Source: Squalus acanthias
Lineage: Eukaryota
Direction of reading: 5' to 3'
DNA length: 64,000 nucleotides
NCBI GenBank assembly: GCA_030390025.1
Contig: CM059431.1
Coordinates: 148,120,001 to 148,184,000, forward strand
Shown: piece by piece, positions 37,901 through 49,439 of the stretch
How the letters are laid out: each line of letters opens with the position of its first letter
Numbering within the stretch: the first letter of the stretch is position 1
The notes under the pieces: generated by a model
Seen by the model: the letters and a program-made list of their open reading frames with translations, nothing else
Told to the model about the DNA's origin: nothing
Databases searched by the model: none
Translations under genes and position numbers: made by a program

Positions 37901-38456
37901 CACTTTTGGTCTCCTTATTTAAGGAAGGATATAGTTGCATTGTAGGCTGTCCAGAGAAGGTTCATGAGGTTGATTCCGGAGATGAAGGGGTTGTCTTATG
38001 TAGAAAGGTTGAGCAGGTTGGGTCTATACTCATTGGAGTTTAGAAGAATGAGAGGGGATCTTATTGAAACATACAAGATTCTGAAGGGGCTTGACAGGGT
38101 AGATGCAAAGAGGATGTTTCCCCTCGTGGGGGAATCTAGAACTAGGGGGCATAATTTCAGAATAAGGGGTCGCCCATTTAAAACGGTAATGAGGAAGAAT
38201 TTCTTCTCTCAGATGTTCGTGAATTTTTTGGAATTCTCTTCCCCAGAGAGCTGTGGAGGCTGAGTCATTCAATATATTTAAGGTGGAGATAGACAGATTT
38301 TTGAACAATAAGGGAGTCAAGGGTTATGGGGAGCGGGCAGTGAAGTGGTGTTGAGGCCAAGATCAGATCAGCCATGATCGTATTGAATGGCGGAGCAGGC
38401 TCGAGGGGCCAAATGAACTACTCCTGCTCCTACATCTTACGTCTTATGTTCTTATG
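34940..38456 (+). mobile_element. Near full-length degenerate CR1 LINE (5' UTR, ORF1 zinc finger/coiled coil/esterase, ORF2, tail)
   Basis: ORF1 from ATG ~35124 (C..C..H/C, LEELRLRVDELESEL, VVGDSIVRG). ORF2 EN/RT fragments with a deletion near 36010. TCTTATGTTCTTATG tail. Confidence 0.92.
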
Positions 38457-38554
38457 AGCGGGACGGACTGGATTTCTCTACAGAGAGCTGGCAAGTACTC
38501 GATGGGACGAATGGACGCCTTTCTGTGCTGTATGACTCCATGAATCTATACCCC

Positions 38555-39925
38555 TCGAACAGTGCAGCGCTCCCTCAGTACTGCCCCTCTGACAATAAAG
38601 AGCTCCCTCAGAACTGCCCCTCCGACAGTGCAGCGCTCCCTCAGTACTGCCCCTCCGAAAGAGAAGCGCTCTCTCAGTACTGCCCTTCCGACAGTGCAGC
38701 GCTCCCTCAGTACTGAACCTCCGACAGTGCAGCGCTCCCTCAGTACTGAACCTCCGACAGTGCAGCACTCCCTCAGTACTGCCCCTCTGACAGTGCAGTG
38801 CTCCCTCAGTACTGCCCCTCCGACAGTGCAGTGCTCCATCACTACTGACTCTCCGACAGTGCTGCACTCCGTCAGTACTGCCCCTTTGACAGTGCAGTGC
38901 TCCCTCTGTACTGCCCCTCCGACAGTGCAGTGCTCCCTAACTACTGACTCTCCGACAGTGCAGTGCTCCCTTAGAACTGCCACTCAGAAAGTGCAGTGCT
39001 CCCTCACTACTGACTCTCCGACAGTGCAGTGCTCCCTCAGAACTGCCACTCAGACAGTGCAGCGCTCCCTCAGTACTGCCCCTCCGACAGTGCAGCGCTA
39101 CCTCAGTACTGAACCTCCGACAGTGCAGCGCTCCCTCAGTACTTCCCCTCCGACAGTGCAGCGCTACCTCAGTACTGAACCTCCGACAGTGCAGCGCTCT
39201 CTCAGTACTGAACCTCCGACAGTGCAGCGCTCCCTCAGTACTGCCCCTCTGACAGTGCAGTGCTCCCTCAGTACTGCCCCTCCGACAGTGCAGTGCTCCC
39301 TCACTACTGACTCTCCGACAGTGCTGCACTCCGTCAGTACTGCCCCTTTGACAGTGCAGTGCTCCCTCTGTACTGCCCCTCCGACAGTGCAGTGCTCCCT
39401 CACTACTGACTCTCCGACAGTGCAGTGCTCCCTTAGAACTGCCACTCAGAAAGTGCAGTGCTCCCTCACTACTGACTCTCCGACAGTGCAGTGCTCCCTC
39501 AGAACTGCCACTCAGACAGTGCAGCGCTCCCTCAGTACTGTCCCCTCCGACAGTGCAGCGCTACCTCAGTACTGAACCTCCGACAGTGCAGCGCTCCCTC
39601 AGTACTTCCCCTCCGACAGTGCAGCGCTACCTCAGTACTGAACCTCCGACAGTGCAGCGCTCTCTCAGTACTGACCCTCCGACAGTGCAGCGCTCCCTCA
39701 GCACTGCCCCTCCGACAGTGCAGCGCTCCCTCAGCACTGCCCCTCCGACAGTGCAGCGCTCCCTCAGTACTGCCCCTCCGACAGTGCAGCGCTCCCTCAG
39801 CACTGCCCCTCCGACAGTGCAGCGCTCCCTCAGTACTACACTTGAGTCTGAGCCTAGATTTTTGTACTCACGTCGCTGGAGTAGGAGTTGAACCCAGAAC
39901 CTTCTGACTCAGAGGCAAGTGTGCC
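38555..39925 (-). repeat. 33-bp minisatellite (CCGACAGTGCAGCGCTCCCTCAGTACTGCCCCT) expanded inside a DeuSINE-like SINE
   Basis: About 39 units; unit matches 33390-33445. tRNA-like head with B-box (GGTTCAACTCC on minus) at ~39840-39925. Confidence 0.85.
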
Positions 39926-40444
39926 GATTGAATCTGCTTCCACTAGCCTTTCAGAGAGTTCTTTCCAGATCATCTCCCTGCGTGATCAAAGTTCGTCCTT
40001 TTGGTAATGACAAGTCAGCCAGTGGAATCAGTTTCTCCTTAGTTACTGTATCAAATCCCTCAACATTTTGAACACTTCTACTCAATCTCCACCTAACCTT
40101 CTCTGCTCTAAAGAGAACAATCCCAACTTCTCCAGACTCTCCACATAACTGAAATCCCTTACCCCTGGTGTCATTCTGGTAAATTCTCTCCACACAAGCG
40201 GCAGACGAGGACCACCTCCAACAAGAGATAGTCTAATCTCGACAGTCATTGGCATTTCAATCACCGAATCCTCCACCATCAAAATCCTAGGTGTCGCCTA
40301 TTGATCAGAAAATCAACTGGACCTGCCACATCAATGACATGGCTACTACAGCATGTAACTCACCTCCTGACTCCCCAAAGCAGCACCAACACCTACAAGG
40401 CACAAGTCAAGAGTGTTATGGATTACTACCTGTAGATACCGAGT

Positions 40445-40740
40445 ACATTAGCATAGCGGTTATGTTACTGGACAAGTAATCCAAGAAGCCTGGACCATTA
40501 ATCCGTTAGACCCGAGTTCATGTACCCACCTCGACAGCTGGAGAATTAAAATTCAGTTACTTAAATACATTTGGAATTAAAAAGCTAGTGTCAGTAATGG
40601 TGACCCTGAAACTACCGGATTGTTGGAAAAACCCAACTGGTTCACTAATGTCCTTGAAGGAAGGAAACCTGCCATCCTTACCTGGGCTGCCCATATGTGG
40701 TTGACTCTTAACTGCCCTCTGAAATGGCCGAGCATTTGTA
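40445..40740 (+). mobile_element. tRNA-derived SINE (same family as 3148-3556)
   Basis: TAGCATAGCGGTTATGTTACTGGACAAGTAATCC...GAGTTCA...CAGTAATGGTGACC. Confidence 0.65.
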
Positions 40741-40887
40741 TCAAAAGTATGAATCTGAGAACGAACATTAATGGTCTAATAATCTGTAAGGACAGATATG
40801 GGCGCTAAGAATTTCCGATCACAAACTGTCTGTTTTGTGTCGTCGCCCGACAGGAATTTCTTGGCATTTTTACTTTCACCGTGTTTT

Positions 40888-41450
40888 CTCTATAAAAAGC
40901 CTGTGTGACTGGTCCTGTCTCTATAAAAAGCCTGTGTGACCGGTCCTGTCTCTTTAAAAAGCCTGTGTGACTGGTCCTGTCTCTTTAAAAAGCCTGTGTG
41001 ACTGGTCCTGTCTCTTTAAAAAGCCTGTGTGACTGGTTCTGTCCCTTTAAACAGCCTGTGCGACTGGTTCTGTCTCTTTCAGAAGCCTGTGACACTGGTC
41101 ATGTCTCTTTAAAAAGCCTGTGTGACAGGACCTGTCTCTTTAAAAAGCCTTTGTAACTGGTCCTATCTCTTAAAAATCCTGTTTGACTGGTCCTGACTCA
41201 TTAAAATGTAATTGTGACTTTTCTTATCTCTTTAAAAAGCCTGTGTGACCGGTCCTGTCTCTTTAGAAAGCCTGTGCGTCTGGTCCTGTCTCATTAAAAA
41301 GCCTGTGTGACTGGTCCTGTCTCTTTAGAAAGCCTGTGTGACTGGTCCTGTCTCTTTAGAAAGCCTGTGTGACTGGTCCTGTCTCTTTACAAAGTCTGTG
41401 TGACTGGTCCTGTCTCTTTAAAAAGCCTGTGTGGCTGGTGTCGTCTCTTT
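40888..41450. repeat. 31-bp minisatellite (TCTCTTTAAAAAGCCTGTGTGACTGGTCCTG)
   Basis: About 18 tandem units. Confidence 0.92.
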
Positions 41451-41699
41451 AATAGGGCTTTGGCTAAAGAGTAGGACTAATTATATAGCTCTTTCAAAGA
41501 GACGGCACAGACACGTTGGGTCGAATGGCCTCCTTCTGTGCTGTACCATTCGATGATTCTATGAGCAAGAAACAGAGAGAGAGAGAGAGATAAAGGAAAA
41601 TAAAGACACAAAGACTGGGAGAGGTACAGAGGGAAAGAAATTAACTTTAAAAGGGGAATTGGATAAATACTTGAAGGGTAACAATTTGCAGGACTATGG

Positions 41700-42545
41700 G
41701 GCTAATTGGAGGGGTGAGGCCATGGTGGGATTTGAACACAAGAAGGAGAATATTAAAATCGTGGTGTAGCCGGAACAGGAGCCAATGTAGGCCAGTGATC
41801 ACAGGGGTGATGGATGAATGGGACTTGGCGAGTGTTAGAATATGGACAGAAGAGTATTGGAGGCTTGTAACTGGGAGGTCGACCAGGAGAGCATTGGAAT
41901 AGTTGAATTTAACAAAGGCACAGATGAGGGTTTATAGAAACATAGAAACATAGAAGATAGGAGAAGGAGTAGGACATTCAGCCCCTCGAGCCTGCTCCGC
42001 CATTCAATGAGATCATGGCTGATCATCCAAATTCAGTACCCTGTCCCTGCTTTCTCCCCATATCCCTTGATCCCTTTAGCCTTAAGAAATATATCTAACT
42101 CCTTCTTGAATATATTTAATGAATTGGCTTCTACTGCCTTCTGTGGTAGAGAATTCCACAGGTTCACCACTCTCTAGGTGAAGAAATACTTCCTCATCTC
42201 ATTCCTAAATGGCTTACCCCTTATCCTTAGACTGTGACCCCTGGTTCTGGACTCCCTGGCCATCAGGAACATCCTTCCTGCATCTAGTCTGTCTAGTTCT
42301 GTGCAGTGCAGTGGAAGGGCTGAGGCGGGGCGGAGACGGGCAATATTATGGAGGTGGTGGTAGGCAGGACTGGTGATTCGGAGGATCTGAGGTCGGAACT
42401 CAGCTCAGGGTCAAAGAGAACGCCGTGGTTGCGAACAGTCTGGTTCAGCCTCAGACATTGGCCAGGTAGGGGGACGGAGTCAGTAGAGAGAGAACGGAGT
42501 CTATGACAGGGATCGAACACAATGGATTTGGTTTTCCCAGATTGA
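41700..42545 (-). mobile_element. L2-like LINE fragments with an inserted CR1 3' end (41933-42293)
   Basis: LRLNQTVRNHGVLFDPELS is L2-type RT C-terminus; (TAGAAACA)n CR1 tail at 41935. Confidence 0.65.
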
Positions 42546-42559
42546 AATGGCAAAAACAG

Positions 42560-42794
42560 TAATACAGCTCCAATTGCTGGATATCGAGACTTACCAGGGA
42601 CACCAACAGCAGCAAAGAGGAGAGAGTAACTTACGAGAATAGTAATACAGTAAAACACGGTTTGCAGAGTTAATAGTTGGACACAGAGACTTACCAGGAA
42701 GAACAACCGCAGCAAGGAGGGGAGAGCAAAAGACATGAACAGTAATACAGTAAAAAATGATTTACAGAATTAACAGCTGGTTAGAGAGACTTAC
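42560..42794 (-). repeat. 100-bp tandem repeat of the exon-1 end plus splice donor (copy 2 intron)
   Basis: GTAAGTCTC donors at 42794 (true), 42694 and 42594, each preceded by exon-like LLAA(I/V)GVP-derived sequence. Confidence 0.85.
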
Positions 42795-43059
42795 AAGGAA
42801 CACCAATAGCAGCAAGGAGGGGATAGTAAAAGTATTCAGTAATCACAAGTGCGTAATATATTCGAAATCTTAATGGTAGTCTATCATAATTTGCAGAAAG
42901 ATAGTCAAACACCCAAATGAAACTCCGGCCCATTGTTTTAACATTCCAATCTAATGATCTCAGATTCTGATCCATTGTTGTAATATTCCAATCTACTGTG
43001 CTCAGATTCTGATCCATTGTTGTAACATTCCAATCTACTGTGCTCAGATTCTGATCCAT
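42795..43059 (-). CDS. Exon 1 of GPR139-like GPCR copy 2 (N-terminal 14-aa repeats plus start of TM1)
   Basis: First ATG at 43059: MDQNLSTVDWNVTT repeats...YFYYPLLAAIGVP. Phase-1 donor CCTT|GTAAGT joins the exon 2 acceptor, giving about 387 aa. Confidence 0.8.
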
Positions 43060-43169
43060 TGTTGTAACATTCCAATCTACTGTTCTCAGATTCCGACTCC
43101 CTCTCTGTAGAGCAGCGTACTGATCCCTGTTACGGCCGGAGGTGATGCTCTCACTAACACTATGAGATA

Positions 43170-43335
43170 ACACATTGAAAGGATTCCCTTATTAATAGAA
43201 GAGGGAAACCCTGCACTGATACAATAAGGGCCCATGGAGACTGGTATTAATTACAGTCACTGAACAAACAGCTTCAGCTAACCCGTGGAGACTGGCATTA
43301 ATTACAGTCACTGAACAAACAGCCTCAGTTAACCC
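43170..43335 (-). promoter_or_regulatory. Putative proximal promoter of GPCR copy 2 with a 51-bp duplicated TAATTA module
   Basis: TATTAATAAG (minus, 43188-43197). CCC(A/G)TGGAGACTGG(T/C)ATTAATTACAGTCACTGAACAAACAG occurs twice. Homologous to 13140-13250. Confidence 0.55.
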
Positions 43336-43364
43336 TTTCAATCCAGCACTCTTTGTACCACAAT

Positions 43365-44133
43365 AAAGTAGAACATTTTTTAAATGGTGATAGATTGGGA
43401 AATGTTGTTATTCAGACGGACCTGGGTGTCCTTGTACACGAATCACTGAAAGTTAACATGGAGGTACAGCAATCAATTAAGAAAGCAAATGGTATGTTGG
43501 CCTTTATTACAAGAGGATTTGAGTATAAGAGTAAAGACGTCTTACTGAAATTATATAGGGCCCTGGTGAGACCACACCTGAAGCATCATGTACAGTTTTG
43601 GTCTCCTTACCTAAGGAAGGATATGCTTGCCATAGAGTAAGTGTAATGAAGGTTCACCAGACTGATTTCTGGATGGGGGATTGTCCTAAGAGGAGAGCTT
43701 GAGTAGACTAGGCGTTTATTCTCATGGAGTTTGGAAGAACGAGAGCTGATCTCATTGAAACATACAAAATGCTTACAGGGCTTGACAGCGAGGATGCAGG
43801 GAGGGTGTTTCCCCTGGCTGGGGAGTCTAGAAACTGGGGTCACAGTCTCAGAATAAGGGGTCGGCCATTTAGGACTGAGATGAGGAGAAATTTCTTCACT
43901 CAGAGGTTGGTGAATCTTTGGAATTCTCTATCCCAGAGGGCTGTGGAGGCTCAGTCTTTGAGTATATTCAAAACAGAGATCGATAGACTTTTGGATATTA
44001 AGGGAATCAAGGGATATGGGGATCAGGCAGGAAGGTGGAGATGAGGTCGAAGATCGGCCATGATATTCTTGAATGGCGGAGCAGGCTCGAGGGGCCGAAT
44101 GGCCTAATCCTGCTCATATTTCTTAGGTTCTTA
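43365..44133 (+). mobile_element. CR1 LINE 3' end
   Basis: DLGVLVHESLKV...LYRALVRPHL...EMRRNFFTQR, followed by the tail. Confidence 0.9.
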
Positions 44134-44361
44134 TAACATCATTCCAGTCCGGATTGGATGTATGTGGGAATGAATAATGTAAATAGCTCAGGCCAGAATC
44201 TTTGAAGCCTCCTTGGATATGGGAGTGGTGTCAGAGGACTGGAGGATTGCAAATGTTACACCCTGTTTAAACAAGGCGAGAGGGATAAAGAGTGTAACTA
44301 CAGGCCAGTCAGCTTAACGTCGGTGGTGGGGAAACTTCTAGAGGCCATATTCCGGGAAACA

Positions 44362-45112
44362 TAGCAACATAGAAACATAGAAGATAGGAGCAGGAGCAGG
44401 CCATTCAGCCCCTCGAGCCTGCTCTGCCATTCAATGAGATCACGGCTGATCATCGAAATTCAGTAATAACAACAGAAAACGCTGGAAAAACTCAGCAGGC
44501 CAGGCAACATCCGTGGAGAGAGAAAGAGAGTTAACGTTTCAGGTCGAAACCCTTCGTCGGAAAGTTAACTCTCTTTCTCTCTCCACGTATGTTGCCTGGT
44601 CTGCTGAGTTTTTCCAGCGTTTTCTGTTGTTATTTCGGATTTCCAGCATCCGCAGTATTTTGCTATCCAAATTCAGTACCCTGTCCCTGCCTTCTCTCCA
44701 TATCCCTTGATCCCTTTAGGTTTAAGAAATATATCCAACTCCTTCTTGAATTTTTTAATGAATTGGCCTCTACTACCTTCTGTGGTAGAGAATTCCACAG
44801 GTTCAACACTCTCTGGGTGAAGAAATTCCTCCTCATCTCAATCCTAAATGTCTTACCCCTTATCCTTAGACTGTGACCCCTGGTTCTGGACTCCCACACC
44901 ATCGGGAACATCCTTCCTGCATCCAGTCTGTCTAGTCCTGTTAGAATTTTATAAGTTGCAATGAAATCCCCTCTCATTCTTCTAAACTCCAGCGAGTATA
45001 AGCCCAATCGACCCAATCTCTCCTCATACGTCATTCCTGCCATCCCAGGTATCAGCCTGGTGAATCTTCGCTGCACTCCCTCCATAGTAAATACATCCTT
45101 CCTCAGATAAGG
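44362..45112 (-). mobile_element. CR1 3' end with an inserted Penelope terminal hairpin (44465-44665)
   Basis: ORF 44663-45130 is the CR1 C-terminus. The insert forms a ~70-bp inverted repeat flanked by duplicated AAATTCAGTA. Confidence 0.8.
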
Positions 45113-45651
45113 GACAAAATTACCTGTCACTTGAAAAAAAATGGATTAATATATGTAAACCATCAGGGTGCGGAGGAGCTGTACTAGAATGGTTCCGGGA
45201 ATGGGGAATCTTAGCTACAAGGACAGGTTGGAGAAGCTGGATTTGTTTTCATTAGAGCAAAGGATGTTGAGGGGTGATTTGATAGAGGTGTACATTATTA
45301 TGACGGGTTTGGATAGGCTAGACGGGGAAAGGCTGTTCCCACTAGTTGATTGTACAAGGACTAGGGGACACAGATTTAAGGTTTTGCGCAAACTTGATTG
45401 ATTTATTTGATGAAGTAATGGAGAGGGCTGATGATGGTAGTGCGGTTGATGTGGTGTATATGGACTTTCAAAAGGCGTTTGATGACGTGCCACTTAATAG
45501 ACTTGATAGGGAAACTGAAGCCCACGGGATTAAAGGGGCAGTGGCTGCGTCGATAGGACATTGGCTGAGGGACTTAAAGCAGAGAGAGGCGCTGAACGGT
45601 TGTTTTTCAGATACAAGGGAAGTATACAGTGATGTCCCCCAAGGATCAGTG

Positions 45652-46555
45652 TAAGGACAGTTAGAAAGATTAACTGTAATCATCTGGCAGTGTTCTCTGA
45701 CTATATATGCTCTGCCTATATGCATCTCTTCACTACACCTGACGAAGGAGCAGCGCTCCGAAAGCTTGCAATTTCAAACAAAGCTGTTTACTATAACCTG
45801 TTGTTGTACGACTTCTCACAGTATAAGGAACACTGTTTTTGATAGACATTCATCGCTTGGACTTAAGTAGAAAGCGCATAATTCCAAAGTTTGGAGATGA
45901 CACGAAATTGAGAAATGCAGAAAACAATGAGGAGAGCAGCAGACTTCAGGAGCACATAGACAGACTGGTGAAATGGGCAGAAACAAGGCAGTTAAAATTT
46001 AACAGAGAAATGTGAAGTGATACATTTTGGGAGGAAAAATGAGGAGAGGCAATACAAACCAAATGGTACAAATTTTAAATAGAGTGCCGGTACCGAGAGA
46101 CCTGGAAGTTTATGTGCACAAATCTCTGAAGGCGGCGGGAGAAGTTTGTTAAAAATGCATACGGTATCCTTGTCTTTATTAATAGACATGATGTGGAGAT
46201 GCCGGTGCTGGACTGGGGTGGACAAATGTGAGAAGTCTTACAACACCAGGTTATAGTCCAACAGCTTTATTTGAAATCACACGCTTTTGGAGCGCTGCTC
46301 CTTCGTCAGTGAAGTGAAGAGATGCATATAGGCACAGTATATATAGTCAGAGAACACTGCCAGGTGACTACAGTTAATCTTTCTAACTGCCCTATATCAC
46401 ACCTAGGCAGAGAGATAATCACGGCAATCACAGGTGTGGATGGTGTCCAAACAGGTCAGTCAGGAAAACATTACATCAAAGACAATGAGGTGGGGTCACA
46501 AGGGGTCAAATGTGGCAGATGCTGGGGTCTGGATGTAAAACAAAAAACTTTTTTT
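45652..46555. mobile_element. Penelope terminal fragments (plus 45652-45820; minus 46188-46555) with decayed hammerheads, interspersed with CR1 pieces
   Basis: Match 24300-24660. CTGACGAAGGAGCAGCGCTCCGAAAG at 45739. Confidence 0.75.
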
Positions 46556-46569
46556 GCTGGAAATCACAC

Positions 46570-48012
46570 TAAGGGGCACAATGGACATGATCTTCACCGC
46601 GCGTCAACTACAAGTGAAACGCAGGGAACAGCAACAACCGCTGTATATGGCCTTCTTTGACCTCACAAAGGCCTTTGAAGCTGTCAACCATGAGGGATTA
46701 CGGAGTGTCCTCCTCAAATTCAGCTGCCATCAAAAGTTTGTCACCATCCTCTGCCTGCTTCACAATGACATGCAGGACATGATACTGACCAACGGATCCA
46801 CCACAGACCCAATTCACATACGGATCAGGGTCCAGCAAGGCTGTGTCATCGCACCAACGCTCTTCTCGATCTTCCTTGCTGCAATGCTCCATCTCACCCT
46901 CAGTAAGCTCCCCGCTGGAGTGGTGCTAATCTACAGAACAAACGAGAAACGGTACAACCTCCATCACCCTCCAGTCCAGATCCAAGGTCGTCCCATCCCC
47001 TGTCGTCCAATTACAGTATGCAGACGACGCTTGCGTCTGCGCACACTCTGAGGTCGAACTGCTAACCATCGTCAACACCTTCAACAAAGCGTACGAGAGC
47101 ATGGGCCTTACACTAAACATCCGTAAGACAAAGGTCCTCTACCAGCCTGCCCCCACCACACAGTACTGCCCAGCAATTATCAAAATCCATGACGAGCCTT
47201 TGGACAACATGGACCACTTTCCATACCTCGGGAGCCTACTGTCAACAAGGGCAGACGTCGATGACGTTGTCCCTCACCACCTTCAGTGTGCAAGTGCAGC
47301 CTTTGGTCGCCTGAGGAAGAGAGTGTTTGAAGACCAGGACCTCACAGCCGGCACTAAGCTCATGGTCTACAGAGCAGTAGTGATACCCTCCCTCCTGTAT
47401 GCTTCAGATACATGGACCATGTACAGCAGGCACCTCAAATCACTGGAGAGGTACCACCAATGCTGCCTCCGCAAGATACTGCAAATCCATTGGCAGGATA
47501 GGCGCACCAACGTCAGTGTTCTCACTCAGGCCAACATCCCCAGCATCGAAGCTTTGACCACGCTCGATCAGCTCCGATGGACGGGTCACATCGTCTTCAA
47601 GCCCGATACAAGACTCCCAAAACAAGCGCTCTACTCGATGCTCCGACACGGCAAGAGAGCCCCAGGTGGGCAGAGGAAACGCTTCAAGGACACCCTCAAA
47701 GCCTCCTTGAAAAAGTGCAACATCCCCACCTACACCTGGGAATCCCTGGCCCAAGACCACAGAAAGTGGAGGAGAAGCATCCGGGAGGGCGCCAAACACC
47801 TTGAGTCATTTCGCTGGGAGCTAGCGCAAGCCAAGCGCAAACAGCGGAAGGAGCGCACATCAACCCAAGAACCCCACCCACCCGCCCCTTCAACCACCGT
47901 CTGCCCCACCTGTGACAGAGACTGTAGGACCCGGATTGGACTCATCAGTCACCTGAGAACTCATTTTTAATGTGGAAGCAAGTCATCCTCGGTTCTGAGG
48001 GACTGCCTAAGG
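46570..48012 (+). mobile_element. RTE-clade LINE, RT and C-terminus
   Basis: DMIFTARQLQ, FFDLTKAF, QGCVIAPTLF, YADD, MGLTLNIRKTK, CPTCDRDCRTRIGLISHLRTH. Confidence 0.92.
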
Positions 48013-48566
48013 GAGAGAGTAAGATGAAGAGGGGTGGGAGGAGGCTCGTGTGGAACATAAACACCGGCATGGAGCAGTTGGGCTGAATGGCCTGTTTCTG
48101 TGCTGTACATTCTATGTAATTTTTTTCGCGGAGCGTTAGGCCCCGTTTTGATCACAGGCCTTGCCTGATTTCAATCAGTGAATTAAAAATCATTGATTAT
48201 ATTCTTATTACATTATTCATATCTATTTATTCTCAGGATATCGCATCTAGAGGTAACCAAGACATGGATACGGGTTTCAGCAGAAGATGAGCTCAGGCAT
48301 GGGTGGGGACGGCCAAAGTTATGGAAGCAGAAATCACGATGGAGACTGACCGTGATGCCTCCCACAGTTCAATAGCAACACTCAGCACTGACCCCTAAGG
48401 AACTGCCAGAGGAATCCGGACCCCAGCGAGAGACAGAACCTTACAGGGTAAACAGAAGGAGTATCCCAGTAACAGGACTGACCAACACAAAAACTGTCTC
48501 AGCTTAATGCTCAGGAATATGAGGCGTGAGGAATGAGAACCATCATAGTTTAAACTGCTACCCTGG

Positions 48567-49082
48567 GAGGTACAGCAGGGGTTAGATACAGAGTAAAGCT
48601 CCCTCTACACTGTCCCATCAAACACTTCCAGGGCAGGTACAGCACGGGTTAGATACAGAGTAAATCTCCCTCTACACTGTCCCATCAATCACTCCCAGGG
48701 CAGGTGCAGCACTGGTTAGACACAGAGTAAATCTCCCTCTGCACTGTCCCATCAAACACTCCCAGGGCAGGTACAGCACAGATTAGATACAGAGTAAAGC
48801 TCCGTCTACACTGTCCCATCAAACACAACCAGGGCAGGTACAGCATGTGTTAGATACAGAGTAAAGCTCCCTCTACTCTGTCCCATCAAACACTCCCGGG
48901 GCAGGTACAGCACGGGTTAGATACAGAGTAAAGCTCCCTCGACACTATCCATCAAACACTCCCAGGGCAGGTACAGCACGGGTTAGATACAGAGTAAAGT
49001 TCCCACTACACTGTCCCATCAAACACTCCCGGGGCAGGTACAGCACGGGTTAGATACAGAGTAAAGCTCCCTCTACACTGAT
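48567..49082. repeat. 67-bp minisatellite (CAGGTACAGCACGGGTTAGATACAGAGTAAAGCTCCCTCTACACTGTCCCATCAAACACTCCCAGGG)
   Basis: About 7.5 tandem units. Confidence 0.92.
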
Positions 49083-49430
49083 CCCATTCCTTTAATTCAC
49101 TCGGATCTGATCCCATTATTTAATTCACTCGGATCTGATCCCAGTCCTTGAATTCACTCGGATCTGATCCCATTGCATTAATTCATTGCGATTTCATCAC
49201 AAATCTTTAATTCAGAAGGATCTGAACCCATTCCTTTAATCAACTGGGATATTATCCCAATGCTGTATTTCATGGGATCCGATCCCATTCCTTTAATTCA
49301 CCGGGATCCGAACCCATTCCTTTAATTCACTAGAATCGACCTCATTCCTTTAATTAACTGGGATCCGACCACATTCCTAAAATTTACAGGGATTGAGTCC
49401 CAATCCTTTGATTAACTGGGTTCGGACACC
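49081..49430. repeat. 29-bp minisatellite (ATCCCATTCCTTTAATTCACTCGGATCTG)
   Basis: About 12 diverging tandem units. Confidence 0.85.
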
Positions 49431-49439
49431 ATCCCACTG

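Noticed and set aside
38478..39907. Mucin-like 11-aa repeat ORFs (TVQRSLSTAPP)
   Set aside because: A 33-bp SINE-derived minisatellite open in several frames, with no splice or start context.
40888..41450. Regular ~30-bp repeats resembling CRISPR arrays (also 2025-2640 and 49081-49430)
   Set aside because: Head-to-tail units without unique spacers, eukaryotic context, and no cas genes.
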